DNA of 64,000 nucleotides from an uncultured virus (IMG/VR IMGVR_UViG_3300008113_000017) (IMGVR_UViG_3300008113_000017), one strand, 5' to 3'; numbered from the stretch's first letter, positions 18,751 through 29,410 are shown. Numbers and translations are program-made. The notes: a model not told the origin generated them from the letters alone.

Positions 18751-20163
18751 TTATCTAACTTTAAAGATACCTTTTCTGGATCCACCAGCTTCGCTTCCAC
18801 GGGGATTAGGTATCTTTCTACCAGCAACCGATCGGGCTGTAATCTTTCCACCTGTAAATCCCGACGGGGGTTTGATAAGCAAGGCAGTTAGGGCGTGAAC
18901 CAGGGCGTCTACCCTGTCCGGTGATTTGCCTTCGCCAGGTATCCAAGAATACATCTGGCTTTCCAATGATCCGAGATAACCTATGTGGTGAACCCTACCC
19001 TGCTCATAAGCCAATGTGACGGGTTCTGCTCTCAAGGCCTTTCCGTATTTGGAATGGACTTCTAATACTTTTATGTTTGGATCTATTGTGTGGATCGCAT
19101 TCTTCACCAATGCTCCACCTTGGTTCACTTCGGCTACAACAGGGCAACCCCACTTGCGAGCCATCTCTACAACCTTGTTAGCCCAAACATCGGGACTTCC
19201 GTGAACACTTGCGTCTTCCAATACCCAAGCTTGACGCTTGTATAAATCTCTCTCAGCAGTAGACGAAACTACGACAATCCCACATTCATCTCTCGGGTTC
19301 TCAGCAACGCTAGGGTCAACACCAATGATCCGTAATGGAACGCCAAGTGGCATAGCACCTTGACGATACTGCTCAATCAGTTCTTCTGTCCACAAAGCAC
19401 CCTCAACGCTATCTAACATCTCACCATAGATTTCTTGCTGAGCCAAGCGAGTTCCCTCATAAACACCCGTGATAGCGTCAAGATAAGCACTAGATAAGTT
19501 CCCTGAGTTGTCCAATGTAGACCCACGAGTAATAACTACACGACCCGTCTTCGCTTCTTCTATCAACTTGTAAAGCAATGGAACACGCTTCGGTGTTGTA
19601 GTGACCATAATCTTAGGATTAGATCCAAGACGAGTTCCAACACGCAAGTTATCAAAGGCAGTCATACCAGCTGCGTCTGGTGTCTGTCGCCAAGCAGCGA
19701 TCTCATCTCCCCAAGCGTGAGTAAATTGTGGACCACGAAGCGAGTCTGGTTCATCTGCCGTGAAGCAAGTAGCAACATTTCCGTTAGGCCAAGTTAGTCT
19801 TCGCTTGGATGGTTCATACAAAGGTCTTTCACTAGGGGGAGTCACATTCATAATCCCCGACTCACCTTCTACGATTACATCTCTAACATCGGCAGCCGTT
19901 CTTGCGACTAATGCAAAGCGACGCTGTCCCGTAGTTGTATGCTTCGCTTCTTCACGAACCCATTCAGCAGCAGTTCTAGTCTTACCAGCACCACGACCAG
20001 CAATGTAAGCCCAAATGTTCCAATCACCAGCCGGGGTTTGCTGTTCAGGGCGACCCCAAGCAGACCAATCCCACATAAGCGTTTCCGGATCCATACCAGC
20101 CAATACTCTTGCTTGTTCTTCCGGAGATAGCAAAGCTATCTGTTCCATTAGGGACTTAGCCAT
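18751..20163 (-). CDS. terL: Terminase large subunit
   Basis: Walker A AGRGAGKT, LRGPQF, Walker B AWGDE, TTTP motif, nuclease IIGVDP...SPDRVDA. Confidence 0.95.
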   Translation of the reverse strand: MAKSLMEQIALLSPEEQARVLAGMDPETLMWDWSAWGRPEQQTPAGDWNIWAYIAGRGAGKTRTAAEWVREEAKHTTTGQRRFALVARTAADVRDVIVEGESGIMNVTPPSERPLYEPSKRRLTWPNGNVATCFTADEPDSLRGPQFTHAWGDEIAAWRQTPDAAGMTAFDNLRVGTRLGSNPKIMVTTTPKRVPLLYKLIEEAKTGRVVITRGSTLDNSGNLSSAYLDAITGVYEGTRLAQQEIYGEMLDSVEGALWTEELIEQYRQGAMPLGVPLRIIGVDPSVAENPRDECGIVVVSSTAERDLYKRQAWVLEDASVHGSPDVWANKVVEMARKWGCPVVAEVNQGGALVKNAIHTIDPNIKVLEVHSKYGKALRAEPVTLAYEQGRVHHIGYLGSLESQMYSWIPGEGKSPDRVDALVHALTALLIKPPSGFTGGKITARSVAGRKIPNPRGSEAGGSRKGIFKVR

Positions 20164-20173
20164 AAACTCCTAC

Positions 20174-20737
20174 TTACTCTTGGTCAATAATAACCCTGTT
20201 CTTATCTAGGATAGCAGAATACACTTGGCTCTTACCTGTCGTTTCTGTCTTATACCCGTATCTAGCAAGACGGAAACGAATAGCCCCGTGAGTAATCCCT
20301 AGCAACTTGGCTAAGCGATACACCGAAACTCCTTCTACTTCTACTGCCTTGTTTAGCAGATACGAGTATTCTTCGGCTTCCCTGCGATACTTCTTGCTAT
20401 GAGAACGAACCTGTTGGGCTAGTGGTTGTAGTTCCACTAGGCGACTAAGCGTTTCATTACTAGGCAAGATAATAACTCTTGTAGATTTCACTACTTCGGG
20501 GGCGATAGGTGGTGTTGGTAGTGGAAACTCAACTGCCTTATCGGTATCAACGCTAGATTTGGCGATTTGCCTTGCTCTCTCTCTTGTAATCTCAAACGCA
20601 ACGCCAATGCTCTCAAATGTCCAACCTAGACCCCTTAGAGCCTTTACATAGGCATCTCTAAGTTCTCTATCGGTGATACTTCTAGCAGTAGCGACTACTT
20701 CTTCGGGGATTTGGTGATTTTGCTTCACATAAGACAT
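20174..20737 (-). CDS. Double HTH-like DNA-binding protein
   Basis: GWTFESIGVAFEITRERARQI and GVSVYRLAKLLGITHGAIRFRL; AAGGAG RBS. Confidence 0.7.
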   Translation of the reverse strand: MSYVKQNHQIPEEVVATARSITDRELRDAYVKALRGLGWTFESIGVAFEITRERARQIAKSSVDTDKAVEFPLPTPPIAPEVVKSTRVIILPSNETLSRLVELQPLAQQVRSHSKKYRREAEEYSYLLNKAVEVEGVSVYRLAKLLGITHGAIRFRLARYGYKTETTGKSQVYSAILDKNRVIIDQE

Positions 20738-20845
20738 AACTTTCTCCTTTTGTCGTGTGTATTTGTCTTTCTACAACATTACAAGATAATAACGAGAAAT
20801 GCCAACTCGCAAATGCGAATTGGCATTCCTTAGTAGCGAACAGAT

Positions 20846-21382
20846 CTATAAGACTACTCTTACATTAGGATCATTAGCAAAGATCAGCTCAAATGTCTCG
20901 GCGTTGATCACGCCATCTCCCACTAGGCCACGATCAGCCTGGAACTGAGCGATCGCTGATTTAGTTACATCTCCGTAATACCCGTCTTTATCTTTCAGGG
21001 CTACAACATAACCAAGTTCATACAATCTTCGTTGTAAGTGGTGGATCGTTAGCGACTTGCGATTGTAGATGTTCTTGTAGATACACTTGTCCAAGAACAC
21101 TTCATCAACTACGCCTAGTCCAACCACAGCTGGCCCTGCCGGGACAACTTCTTCTTGCTTGATAGGTGGAGCCGGAGTTGGAACCATACCACCATCCGTG
21201 ATCTCAATAACCGGAGCGATCTTTACCGGAATAGGATCTGGATCTACAACCGGCTCTTCTACCGGATCTACGACAGGTTCTTCTACCGGATCTTGATCAA
21301 CAACCGGCTCTTGATCTACAACAAGATCATTAGTTAGATCCGGATCTTTATTTTCTTTATTATTTGCCACTGATTTCTCCAA
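20846..21382 (-). CDS. Peptidoglycan-binding domain protein with acidic/Pro repeat N-terminus
   Basis: LQRRLYELGY...DGYYGDVTKSAIAQFQADRGLVGDGVINAET; VVDQEP/VVDPVEEP repeats. Confidence 0.8.
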   Translation of the reverse strand: MEKSVANNKENKDPDLTNDLVVDQEPVVDQDPVEEPVVDPVEEPVVDPDPIPVKIAPVIEITDGGMVPTPAPPIKQEEVVPAGPAVVGLGVVDEVFLDKCIYKNIYNRKSLTIHHLQRRLYELGYVVALKDKDGYYGDVTKSAIAQFQADRGLVGDGVINAETFELIFANDPNVRVVL

Positions 21383-21930
21383 TCTAATAAATGATTACGC
21401 TCGCTGGGCAAGCAGAGCAAGTGAAATGCTTCCAAGACCTAAGACAACTGCGACAGCTGGATTAAAGAACGCAACGATCACAGCCAATCCTAGAAATACA
21501 ACAGAAAAAATGGCCGGCCACACCAAATCACGCAACCGGATAAGCCAACTAGACATACTAATCTTCTTTCTTCGGGGAAACTACCCCAAGTAGAGTTTGT
21601 GGCTCCGGATCATTCTTCCGGGCCATACGATCAGCATACAGGAATAAGATCCCATAAGAGATCCCATTGATCAATAAGATCGATCCAATGATCGCAAGTA
21701 AAAACCATAAAAGTTCCATTAGTCCACCAAATCTTCATCAAAAGTAGAATACCAATCATCTTTCTCAGATCCGTATAGGTATAAAACCTTAGCAATCGGC
21801 AGCAGCACAGCTACGGCCAGGATCAAAAAGATAAACACCCCTAGGGTGAATAAAAGGATTGTAAGGATCATAAAGAAATGATACCTTAGAAAAAACCCCC
21901 CTAGTTTATGACTAAGGGGGTTATCTACTA

Positions 21931-22116
21931 CTAATCTCTATGCCTACGCCTAATAAATCTAGGCAATTCACTAATAGCAAGAACCAAAGCACCAAAGATT
22001 AGCAATAGACCGAGAGATAGTCCAACAAACATAGAGTTTGTATGACCGAGATGCTCACCAAAGTAAAATCCCATAATCACCGAACTACAACCGAGAGCCA
22101 TTAGTAAAAACTTCAT
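21931..22116 (-). CDS. Small membrane protein
   Basis: Two hydrophobic helices; coupled to upstream gene; terminator at ~21893-21923. Confidence 0.55.
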   Translation of the reverse strand: MKFLLMALGCSSVIMGFYFGEHLGHTNSMFVGLSLGLLLIFGALVLAISELPRFIRRRHRD

Positions 22117-22322
22117 TAGTCATTTCTCCTTAGAGCATCAAACGCAAACAACAAAGTAAATCCTACACCGAGAACCATACCGAACCCAAAGTAATCGGCA
22201 AAGGTGTTTCCATTAGAACCAGCACCATAAGCGATTAGCATTACGCAACCAACCGAATAGACAAGTCCAACAAACGGAACAATAACAATACCAGCAAGTA
22301 ATCTACGAACAAAGAACTTCAT
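22116..22322 (-). CDS. Small membrane protein
   Basis: GAAAGGAG RBS before ATG 22322; two hydrophobic helices. Confidence 0.6.
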   Translation of the reverse strand: MKFFVRRLLAGIVIVPFVGLVYSVGCVMLIAYGAGSNGNTFADYFGFGMVLGVGFTLLFAFDALRRND

Positions 22323-22724
22323 TTGTAATCTCCTTTCCTGAGATACTAAAAGTCTATACCACAATAAAGCAAACACACAAGTATTTATTTAGACCACTTT
22401 TTAGGGCAGTCCATATGGAAATAGGTAATAAGAGCCTGAGTTGGATCGGTAGTAGTAGCACCACACCACATACAAGACCAGCTCTCTTTTTTAGACTTCT
22501 TAGGGGACTTACGATCTGCCATTAGTTTCTCCTTTACTTTTTGGCGTTTAGGTTGTGAGCAATCCAAGATAACTTATGAGCAACGCTTACAAGCGTGCCA
22601 CTAATACTTAGCAAGCGTTTAGCGATTTTCTTTTTCATTAGAACTCCTTGTGTTGTAAGTCTAGTGGATTAGGTGAGCAGTTTAGAACACTTGCTCAGGT
22701 GTTATCTCTTTCTATGAGATTGGC

Positions 22725-22955
22725 TTATGATAACTTTTCACCGAGAGCAGTTAGCAACTCGTAAGGTGAAACACGCAACTCTCGGCAAAGGGTAGCAAGC
22801 GTGTTTGACGGGATGTGTCGCTGATTGTGAAAGTATCGGCTAAGGCTAGACTTCTGTAAGCCCGTAGCGATTGCGAATTGGTTTAGGGATTGGTAGCCCT
22901 GACTTTCATACTGAGCAACGAACCACGCCCAAGTATCTACTTTTTTCTTTCCCAT
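22725..22955 (-). CDS. XRE-family HTH protein
   Basis: SLNQFAIATGLQKSSLSRYFHNQRHIP...LCRELRVSPYELL. Confidence 0.85.
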   Translation of the reverse strand: MGKKKVDTWAWFVAQYESQGYQSLNQFAIATGLQKSSLSRYFHNQRHIPSNTLATLCRELRVSPYELLTALGEKLS

Positions 22956-23086
22956 TTTGTTTCTCCTTTTCTAATCGGGAATAACTCAATCTAACCACAA
23001 CTCAAACTTATTCGCAAGTTTATTTGTATCCGTGTTTGGATCGGTTTCCAGAGATCTCCAAGCTTCGGCCGGCCATAGCCTAGACA

Positions 23087-23611
23087 CTACCAACTCGGGT
23101 TAGTAGTGTCTAGGGCTAGCAACCACTCAACAAAGTTAGGGTTGAACAGAACTAACTCGTGTCGCTTCTCACGCATTAGGTCAATCGCTTCTTGGACTTG
23201 GTATCCGTCAAGCATTAGAACTATCGCCATAAGTAAGCCAGACCTATTTAGACCTGCTTGGCAACGGACTAGCACCTTTTCCCCAGACTTCCAATCAGTA
23301 AAGATGTTGTAAGCGATACGCATAAATGCTTTTTCATCAAAGTCAGTATCAGCACTATCAAAGTATCCGTATCTAAACTCTTTTACTAACCAATCAACAG
23401 GGTTAGCGTGAGCATAGAAAGTATAAACGCTATCAAAGTTTCGCTTCTTGATAGAGATTAGGGGTCTATCAAACTCGCAATGCTTATCACCAACTCGGTC
23501 ATCATCATCAGTTCCACCTAGCCAAAGGTTAGGCAGTATCTCACTCCAAAGTTCAGGCTTGGTGAACTTCTTAGTTTTTGCTTCGTCATAAGATTTTTCG
23601 TAGTTATTCAT
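23087..23611 (-). CDS. Dual-specificity/tyrosine phosphatase-like protein
   Basis: Cx5R loop VLVRCQAGLNRSG; SEILPNLWLGG; NPNFVEWL. Confidence 0.9.
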   Translation of the reverse strand: MNNYEKSYDEAKTKKFTKPELWSEILPNLWLGGTDDDDRVGDKHCEFDRPLISIKKRNFDSVYTFYAHANPVDWLVKEFRYGYFDSADTDFDEKAFMRIAYNIFTDWKSGEKVLVRCQAGLNRSGLLMAIVLMLDGYQVQEAIDLMREKRHELVLFNPNFVEWLLALDTTNPSW

Positions 23612-24026
23612 TTTGTCCTTTCACTAACTACAACCTAAATACTATTTGATTTATTCCCGAGATTAGAAATAATTTTGGATCGTGTTTAGTCAAACTCCCG
23701 AATAGATTTTGACTTGTTAGCCAAGCGTGTTCTTGCTCGCTTGCTTCGCTTATCAGCGTGAACGCCACTAGCGTTAGAGCGTGAACGCTCACGCAACATA
23801 ATCTCCAACGCCAAAGCTTCGGCATTACGCCTTGCCTTATTAGCCTTGTTCATTTTCATTCCTTTCCCGAATGGCAGACACTCTAATCCTATCAGTTAGG
23901 GCAGACATAGCAAGTGGCGTGTCGCGGCCACAGATCAACCGGCAGAGATCTCTACCGGATCTCCCGGCCGGTAGAGATAATCCCCCTGGCGAATGATCCA
24001 GGGGGATTTTCTAAGTCGGTGGCAGA

Positions 24027-24239
24027 TTAGATGTAATCGCTAAACGCTAGCAAAGGGTCAAAGGGTTCTGGCTTTTTCTTTACTCGCATTTTCTCAACAT
24101 AATCGCTGTCTTTCCATTGCTCGGCTCCACAAGACGGACAAAGTAGTTCACCCGTTCTAGTTAGCGATTGCTCCCCGTAGAAGTGTCCACAAGCAACACA
24201 ATCAAAGATGTAGATGTAGTGTTTTCTAAACCCGAACAT
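24027..24239 (-). CDS. Zinc-ribbon small protein
   Basis: CVAC...CPSC; GAAAGGAAA RBS. Confidence 0.6.
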   Translation of the reverse strand: MFGFRKHYIYIFDCVACGHFYGEQSLTRTGELLCPSCGAEQWKDSDYVEKMRVKKKPEPFDPLLAFSDYI

Positions 24240-25809
24240 TAGTTTCCTTTCCTAGTAGTTTTCGTTTAGGTATTCCATAAGTTCAGTATAACTCTTTCCA
24301 AGAGAAATCAAACTAATAAGTTGCTCATCCATAGCAAGTAAGTTTATGTCTATCAAGCTCTCACCCGAAAGCATAAGTAAGATTTTACCTACTGCTCCAA
24401 TTCCCATTTCAGTTCCTTTCCAGAGAATTCCAGCAATTCGTTTTTCTGCTCATCGGTGAGCATAGCAAACGCCATACCAGCAAGATACGCATAAGCGTTA
24501 TCCTCTTTATCAGTTTTACCTGTCCTGATTAGGTTGTCGATAATTTGTTTTGCTAAAGTATCCATTTGGTTCCTTTCTTATTCGTTGTCTAGTTTATCAG
24601 GTTCATCGTAGTTATCGTGCCAGATTTCATCTGGTATCGCCCAAATAGTTTCTAACTCCATAAGTCGCTGGTTCAGCACTCTTAGGGTTTTGTTTTTTGG
24701 TTTTTCTAGCCAAGTTGGATCGTTTGTTATGTCGCTGATTACTGCCTTGTAAGCGTCTGCTAGTTCCAAGGTTGTTTCCTTTCATCCGTGTATCTAAACA
24801 TTACCACATTTGATTATTTTACAAAGTTTAGATCGATCGGTGTTGATTATTTTTTTCTTTTCTTTTTATCGCCAATTGCGACAATAATATCAACTTCGTA
24901 GAAGCGTTCTACAACTTCTCTTGCTGTTTCCCAAGTAGATAGTTCGATGTAAGTTCCATTGTGCATTTCCACAAGTTCATCAGCAAGGCGTTCTAGTAGT
25001 TCATCGCTACTTAGGTGTTTTACATACTTAGCCATTAGTTAGTTTCCTTTCGGGATTAGGGGTTTCAGTTTATAGCAAACTTGCGACATTAGGCAAGATT
25101 TATTCCGGCAAGTCTGGATCAAATTTGTAAAGCTTCTTTACTCCGGATTAGTCTGCTTCTTTAGAACTCTAACTCTCCGGCTAAGTCTAAGGTTAGGTTG
25201 GAATGGAATTAGTCCGGCGGCCATCGCCAGGTACACAAGTTCGTAAAGCTTCCGTGTCTGGAACTTGTCTAGTTCAGCGATCTGTTCAGGCGTTAGTTTA
25301 GTTCTCACTCTTGCTCACTCTCGTCAATAGGAAACGCTTGTCTAAACGCTTCATCTACTTCGGGGTCAAAGAGCCACTCCAAGAAACCCCTAACACCACT
25401 CTCGGTGTTCAGGTCAAACTTAGGGTTCAGTAGTGGGTTCTGGTCTGGGTCTGGGATTTGATTAGTCATTTACTTCCTTTCAGTAAATAGAACCAAGTTT
25501 ATTTAGGATTTATTCCCGATTTGGATTTTATTTTTCAGTTGTCGCAACCTAATCCGTGTTGTCCCGTGGGTCTTACACCACTTCGGGTGCTTACACGGAA
25601 CTAAGACAAGTCGCCTTTCGCCGAATGGGTCTTTATCTTTCAGTAGTCCAAGGGCAAACAATTCGGCTTTCTCGGCATCGCCTTTTTTCTCAACAAACAT
25701 AACTTTCCTTTCCAATAAAGATAACTCTATCAACCTTGGATTTATTCCCAAGTATTTCAATAAGTTTTGATCGGCCGGCCGGTGAGCTTAGCCACGCAGA
25801 TACGGAAAC

Positions 25810-25935
25810 ACCCCCAACCAGAAAAATAGAGAAAACTAGTTAGGGGTGTTCCTTTATAGGAAAGGAAACTACTGACTTGGTGAAACATGAAAAACCAAGT
25901 CGGGCAAGTGAGATACTCTCGAACTTGCTTATTGC
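25810..25935 (-). ncRNA. Candidate small RNA with anti-Shine-Dalgarno segment
   Basis: Promoter-like sequence upstream, two hairpins (GCAAGT/ACTTGC and GACTTGGT/ACCAAGTC), GTTTCCTTTCC, then a terminator; no minus-strand RBS or ORF. Confidence 0.4.
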
Positions 25936-26019
25936 TAGGTTAGCAAATAAATAACAAAATAGCAACACCAAAAGCAAAAAACCGTAGCAATTTAGCTACG
26001 GTTTTTCGCTGATTTGGAT

Positions 26020-26577
26020 CTATCCAGCAAACGCAGGTTTTTTGTTTGATACCTGATCAATGACCCTTACAAACCGGATCTGACTATTTTTGTAGTCAGA
26101 TAGTGGCTGTATGATCGTCGATCTTGCTCCGTAATGAGCGTTTATGATCTTTCCATTACCAATATAGATTGCTGAGTGGTAGAAGCTATGACTGCCCTTG
26201 TAGGCAAACACAACCACATCTCCAGCTCGGGGGTTGGACACACGCTTACCAATATGCGCTTGCTTATCGGCAGAATGAGGGATTTCTAGGCCGAACCTTT
26301 GGTAGGTCCAGCGAACTAATCCTGAGCAGTCCCAACCCCTTGGAGAAGATCCGGAGAACACATAGGGTGTTACTCCAACCTTAGTCCGTAAGTATTTGAT
26401 GACTTGCTTCATCCGGACAGTATTGCGATGAAGCTTCAACGGATCGTCAGAATACTTATTCGCAACACTATTTTTCTGATCCGAAACAACCATAGGTCTA
26501 TGATCGTATCCGGACGCAGCTGATGAACATCCAACTAGCATTAGGAGCACACTAGTTATTGTGATGAACCTCTTCAT
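26020..26577 (-). CDS. NlpC/P60 cell-wall peptidase, putative lipoprotein
   Basis: TPYVFSG..PRGWDCSGLV, HSAIYIGNGKIINAH; lipobox-like LVGC. Confidence 0.9.
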   Translation of the reverse strand: MKRFITITSVLLMLVGCSSAASGYDHRPMVVSDQKNSVANKYSDDPLKLHRNTVRMKQVIKYLRTKVGVTPYVFSGSSPRGWDCSGLVRWTYQRFGLEIPHSADKQAHIGKRVSNPRAGDVVVFAYKGSHSFYHSAIYIGNGKIINAHYGARSTIIQPLSDYKNSQIRFVRVIDQVSNKKPAFAG

Positions 26578-26767
26578 TTGGCGACCACCTTTCCTTGCGT
26601 TAGTACAGGTCGTTTATTGTCGGGTCTCCCGTCACATTGATCCGAAAACCAATGTGTCTAAATTATAAGGGCCAATTAGATCTACAAACAACATTTTTGA
26701 TCAATTTTTCCGAAAAAATAGCAAAAACCCCTGGAAAACCAGGGGTTCTTACATTGACCGGAGATTT

Positions 26768-26980
26768 CTACTCTGCCGGTGTGTTCTCGGCGATTTGCTC
26801 CTTGAGCCAAGCTAACGCAGCCTGCCGGCCCTTTACTCCGCGACCGAAAGTCTTGTAAGCGTCAATGTTGAGCAACCGGCCCAATGACTTCATAGCCGGT
26901 TCGCCAAAAGTCATCTTTCCGTCTGTGCTGATTTCAAACTCCAAGTTGATAACTAGGATTTCTGCCTGTAGTGAGTTCAT
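26768..26980 (-). CDS. Hypothetical cassette protein
   Basis: GAAAGGAAA RBS; terminator ~26724-26748. Confidence 0.6.
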   Translation of the reverse strand: MNSLQAEILVINLEFEISTDGKMTFGEPAMKSLGRLLNIDAYKTFGRGVKGRQAALAWLKEQIAENTPAE

Positions 26981-27088
26981 TTGATTTCCTTTCGCCTAAC
27001 TACATAAAAAGCCTACACCAAAAACTAAAAAACACAAACATAAAAACATAAATAGATCTGTTTCTATGTTTGTGTCGTTTAGTGTTTG

Positions 27089-27304
27089 TTAGATACTCCA
27101 CGCACCAAAGTCGGTATCGGCAGCGATACGCCTAGCGTTCATCCACGCACTTTCTCCATAAAAGTATGTGACTTTCTTGGTGACTTTGTTTCTAACTTTC
27201 CAATAGTCTTGCTCGAATACCGCAGTTCCATAACTAACTTCCACTAGGTCGCTGTTATAAGCAACTGTCCATTCTTTCACTAGACTTACGCTTGGCTTAG
27301 CCAT
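27089..27304 (-). CDS. Hypothetical cassette protein
   Basis: GAAAGGAAA RBS. Confidence 0.6.
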   Translation of the reverse strand: MAKPSVSLVKEWTVAYNSDLVEVSYGTAVFEQDYWKVRNKVTKKVTYFYGESAWMNARRIAADTDFGAWSI

Positions 27305-27435
27305 TTAGTTTCCTTTCGGTTGATTATCGATAATCTGTGTAAATAGTTTATTGACTACCCTGTCCATATGGCAAGGGTCGCATAGAAAAGATTCGCTCGG
27401 TAAAAGCTCCGTTCGGCAGTCTAAACAGGTTCGCA

Positions 27436-27621
27436 CTATTTCAGCGCCTTTCTAGTCTTTCTTAGCGATACCAATTCCTTTACATCGCTAATGCCGATAT
27501 TGTCTAAGGCAGATACAACTTTGTAAGCAATTTCTAATGACTTGTGTTCGGTTGAGATAGGGGCTAATACTTTGGTCGCAACTTTGGCAACAATCTTGGC
27601 AGTAATAATTTCGGCTAGCAT
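27436..27621 (-). CDS. Hypothetical cassette protein
   Basis: GAAAGGAAA RBS; TGTCTT-N10-TAGTCT promoter. Confidence 0.6.
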   Translation of the reverse strand: MLAEIITAKIVAKVATKVLAPISTEHKSLEIAYKVVSALDNIGISDVKELVSLRKTRKALK

Positions 27622-27741
27622 TTATTTCCTTTCGTAGAATTACAGACTACATTACACCTAAGACATTTCGCAACATTTCACCAAACTAAATTGGATCGTG
27701 TTGTAGAGATCTCTAAGCTTGGTGAGCAGATAGGCTACGGC

Positions 27742-28086
27742 CTATCTGTCGAAAACAGTATCTAAAAACTCTTGCTTTGTATAGACAACTTCTCGATAGA
27801 CAACATTTCCGTCGTCAGCAGAAATAATAATTGCTTCATTGTCGTCAGCGAAAAATCGGTTCTCTCCCACGCTAATACCGAAACTTAGGTTTCCGTCATA
27901 GTTAGCCCGTGTAGAAAACTCATAGAAAAGTTGAGCAGTTAGATAAGCAGGGTCGCCAATTCTATCTGTTCTCGATAAAACATCTACTACGGCAAGCACA
28001 TTATCTGTTCCTGACCAGTGGCCGTAAAGGTGGATAGGTTCGATAAAGTCTTTGCTTGTTACAATAATTCTTGACCTGTCGCCCAT
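27742..28086 (-). CDS. Hypothetical phage protein (MGDRS...LYGHWSG type)
   Basis: RBS plus TGTCTT-N10-TAGTCT promoter. Confidence 0.7.
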   Translation of the reverse strand: MGDRSRIIVTSKDFIEPIHLYGHWSGTDNVLAVVDVLSRTDRIGDPAYLTAQLFYEFSTRANYDGNLSFGISVGENRFFADDNEAIIISADDGNVVYREVVYTKQEFLDTVFDR

Positions 28087-28169
28087 TTGGATTTCCTTTC
28101 ATTCGGGACACTAAAAGACTACACCTAACCTAAGACATTCGCAAGCGTGTCGCAAGCCGGCCGGAGCTG

Positions 28170-28295
28170 GATCAAAAAGTTGTCCCCCGTTAGGCGCTAA
28201 CATAACGGGGGACTAATTTGGTCGTACACCTAAGCAGTTGTTGTGAACATTATTAAGTTATTTATACTTAGATGTTTGTCGCGGTTGCGACTAGA
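28170..28295 (-). ncRNA. Candidate small structured RNA
   Basis: TTGCCG...TAGAGT promoter, GTCGC/GCGAC hairpin, ACATCTAAGT/GCTTAGGTGT stem, terminator; no RBS or ORF. Confidence 0.4.
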
Positions 28296-28386
28296 AAACT
28301 CTACCAAAAATTTTATTTATCGGCAAGCTTAGAGATCTTATGAATAAACCCCCGGTGTATTTCAACCGGGGGTTTACCAGAATTAT

Positions 28387-28611
28387 TTATTCTGGCAATT
28401 CATCCATAACTTGAATTGTGAACAGCAACCCATTCTTCAATTCTGTTTTGGTTGGCATTCTTCCAAACTCTTCTTGGAATGTTTCAATCACTTGGTCAAC
28501 AGCGTGTCCAATAATGTCTGCTGGGGTATCTCCCCAAACTCCGGTAACTTCTTCTTCAGGAACTTCCCTAAAGATAATTGAGTTTGAACCTTGCATTCTC
28601 CAATAACCCAT
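28387..28611 (-). CDS. Hypothetical cassette protein
   Basis: RBS, TGTCTG-N10-TAGAGT promoter, terminator ~28346-28376. Confidence 0.65.
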   Translation of the reverse strand: MGYWRMQGSNSIIFREVPEEEVTGVWGDTPADIIGHAVDQVIETFQEEFGRMPTKTELKNGLLFTIQVMDELPE

Positions 28612-28752
28612 TTTGATTTCCTTTCGTTAGGTTATGTATAAACTCTACACCATACCCCAGACATTTCAAGTATTTATTTACAGATCTCTAAACAGCTTCG
28701 GTAAAGACTAACCCCCGATAAACTATCGGGGGTTAGGTAAGGTCTAAACAGA

Positions 28753-29007
28753 TTAGGCGATTTGGTTCTGCCAATACTCTCTAATCTTTGCGATTTCTTT
28801 CGCTTCTGCTTCTTTCTGCTCTCTCATTTCTGCTTCGTGAGCATTACAGACAATAGTAGCCATTAGGTCAATAGCGAAAGGGCTAGCCATTTTATCGGTA
28901 AGAATATAGTCAATCTGCTTTACCAAACTCTCGATTTCGTAAACTGCCTTTGGCTGAACTGAGTAGTGTGAAGCGATTGCCATTACTAGTTTCTCTTTTA
29001 GTTCCAT
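28753..29007 (-). CDS. Hypothetical cassette protein
   Basis: GGAAAGGAAA upstream; terminator ~28710-28735. Confidence 0.6.
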   Translation of the reverse strand: MELKEKLVMAIASHYSVQPKAVYEIESLVKQIDYILTDKMASPFAIDLMATIVCNAHEAEMREQKEAEAKEIAKIREYWQNQIA

Positions 29008-29189
29008 GCTCGGTGTTTCCTTTCCGTAGTTTCTGGCTTTCTGCCATTACCTAAATACTAGCATACCCATACGGAAACTTGTCAAGGTTTTTATAAATAT
29101 TTTTTGGCGTGTCTATTGGATCAGGATCAAGTTAGCATCCGGATCAAGATCTGAACCGGCCGGTGATCCGTGAAGCTGGCCAGAAACAA

Positions 29190-29410
29190 CAAACCCCCTG
29201 CGTCTCCGCAAGGGGTTATGTAGTGAATAGGTGGATTGCGTTTTACCACCAGTGCCTAGTCAATTCGGTTCTCATAGATCCGCTTTTGAGCACACCCGCC
29301 CTTTACCCGCTAAGGTGAACCGCTAAGTTCAGGCGTTGCCTTGTCTGACCCATTTGACGTTTCAGACTATTCAGCCATACTCCAAGTTTCCTGTCGGAAC
29401 CTTGTTATCT
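29190..29410 (-). ncRNA. Candidate multi-stem non-coding RNA (~210 nt)
   Basis: TTGCGG-17-TACTAT promoter, GACA-loop hairpin, TGAATAG/CTATTCA closing stem with several internal stems, terminator; no RBS or ORF. Confidence 0.55.

Noticed and set aside
18751..20163. Intein or intron in terL
   Set aside because: At 470 aa with contiguous ATPase and nuclease motifs there is no room for an insertion.
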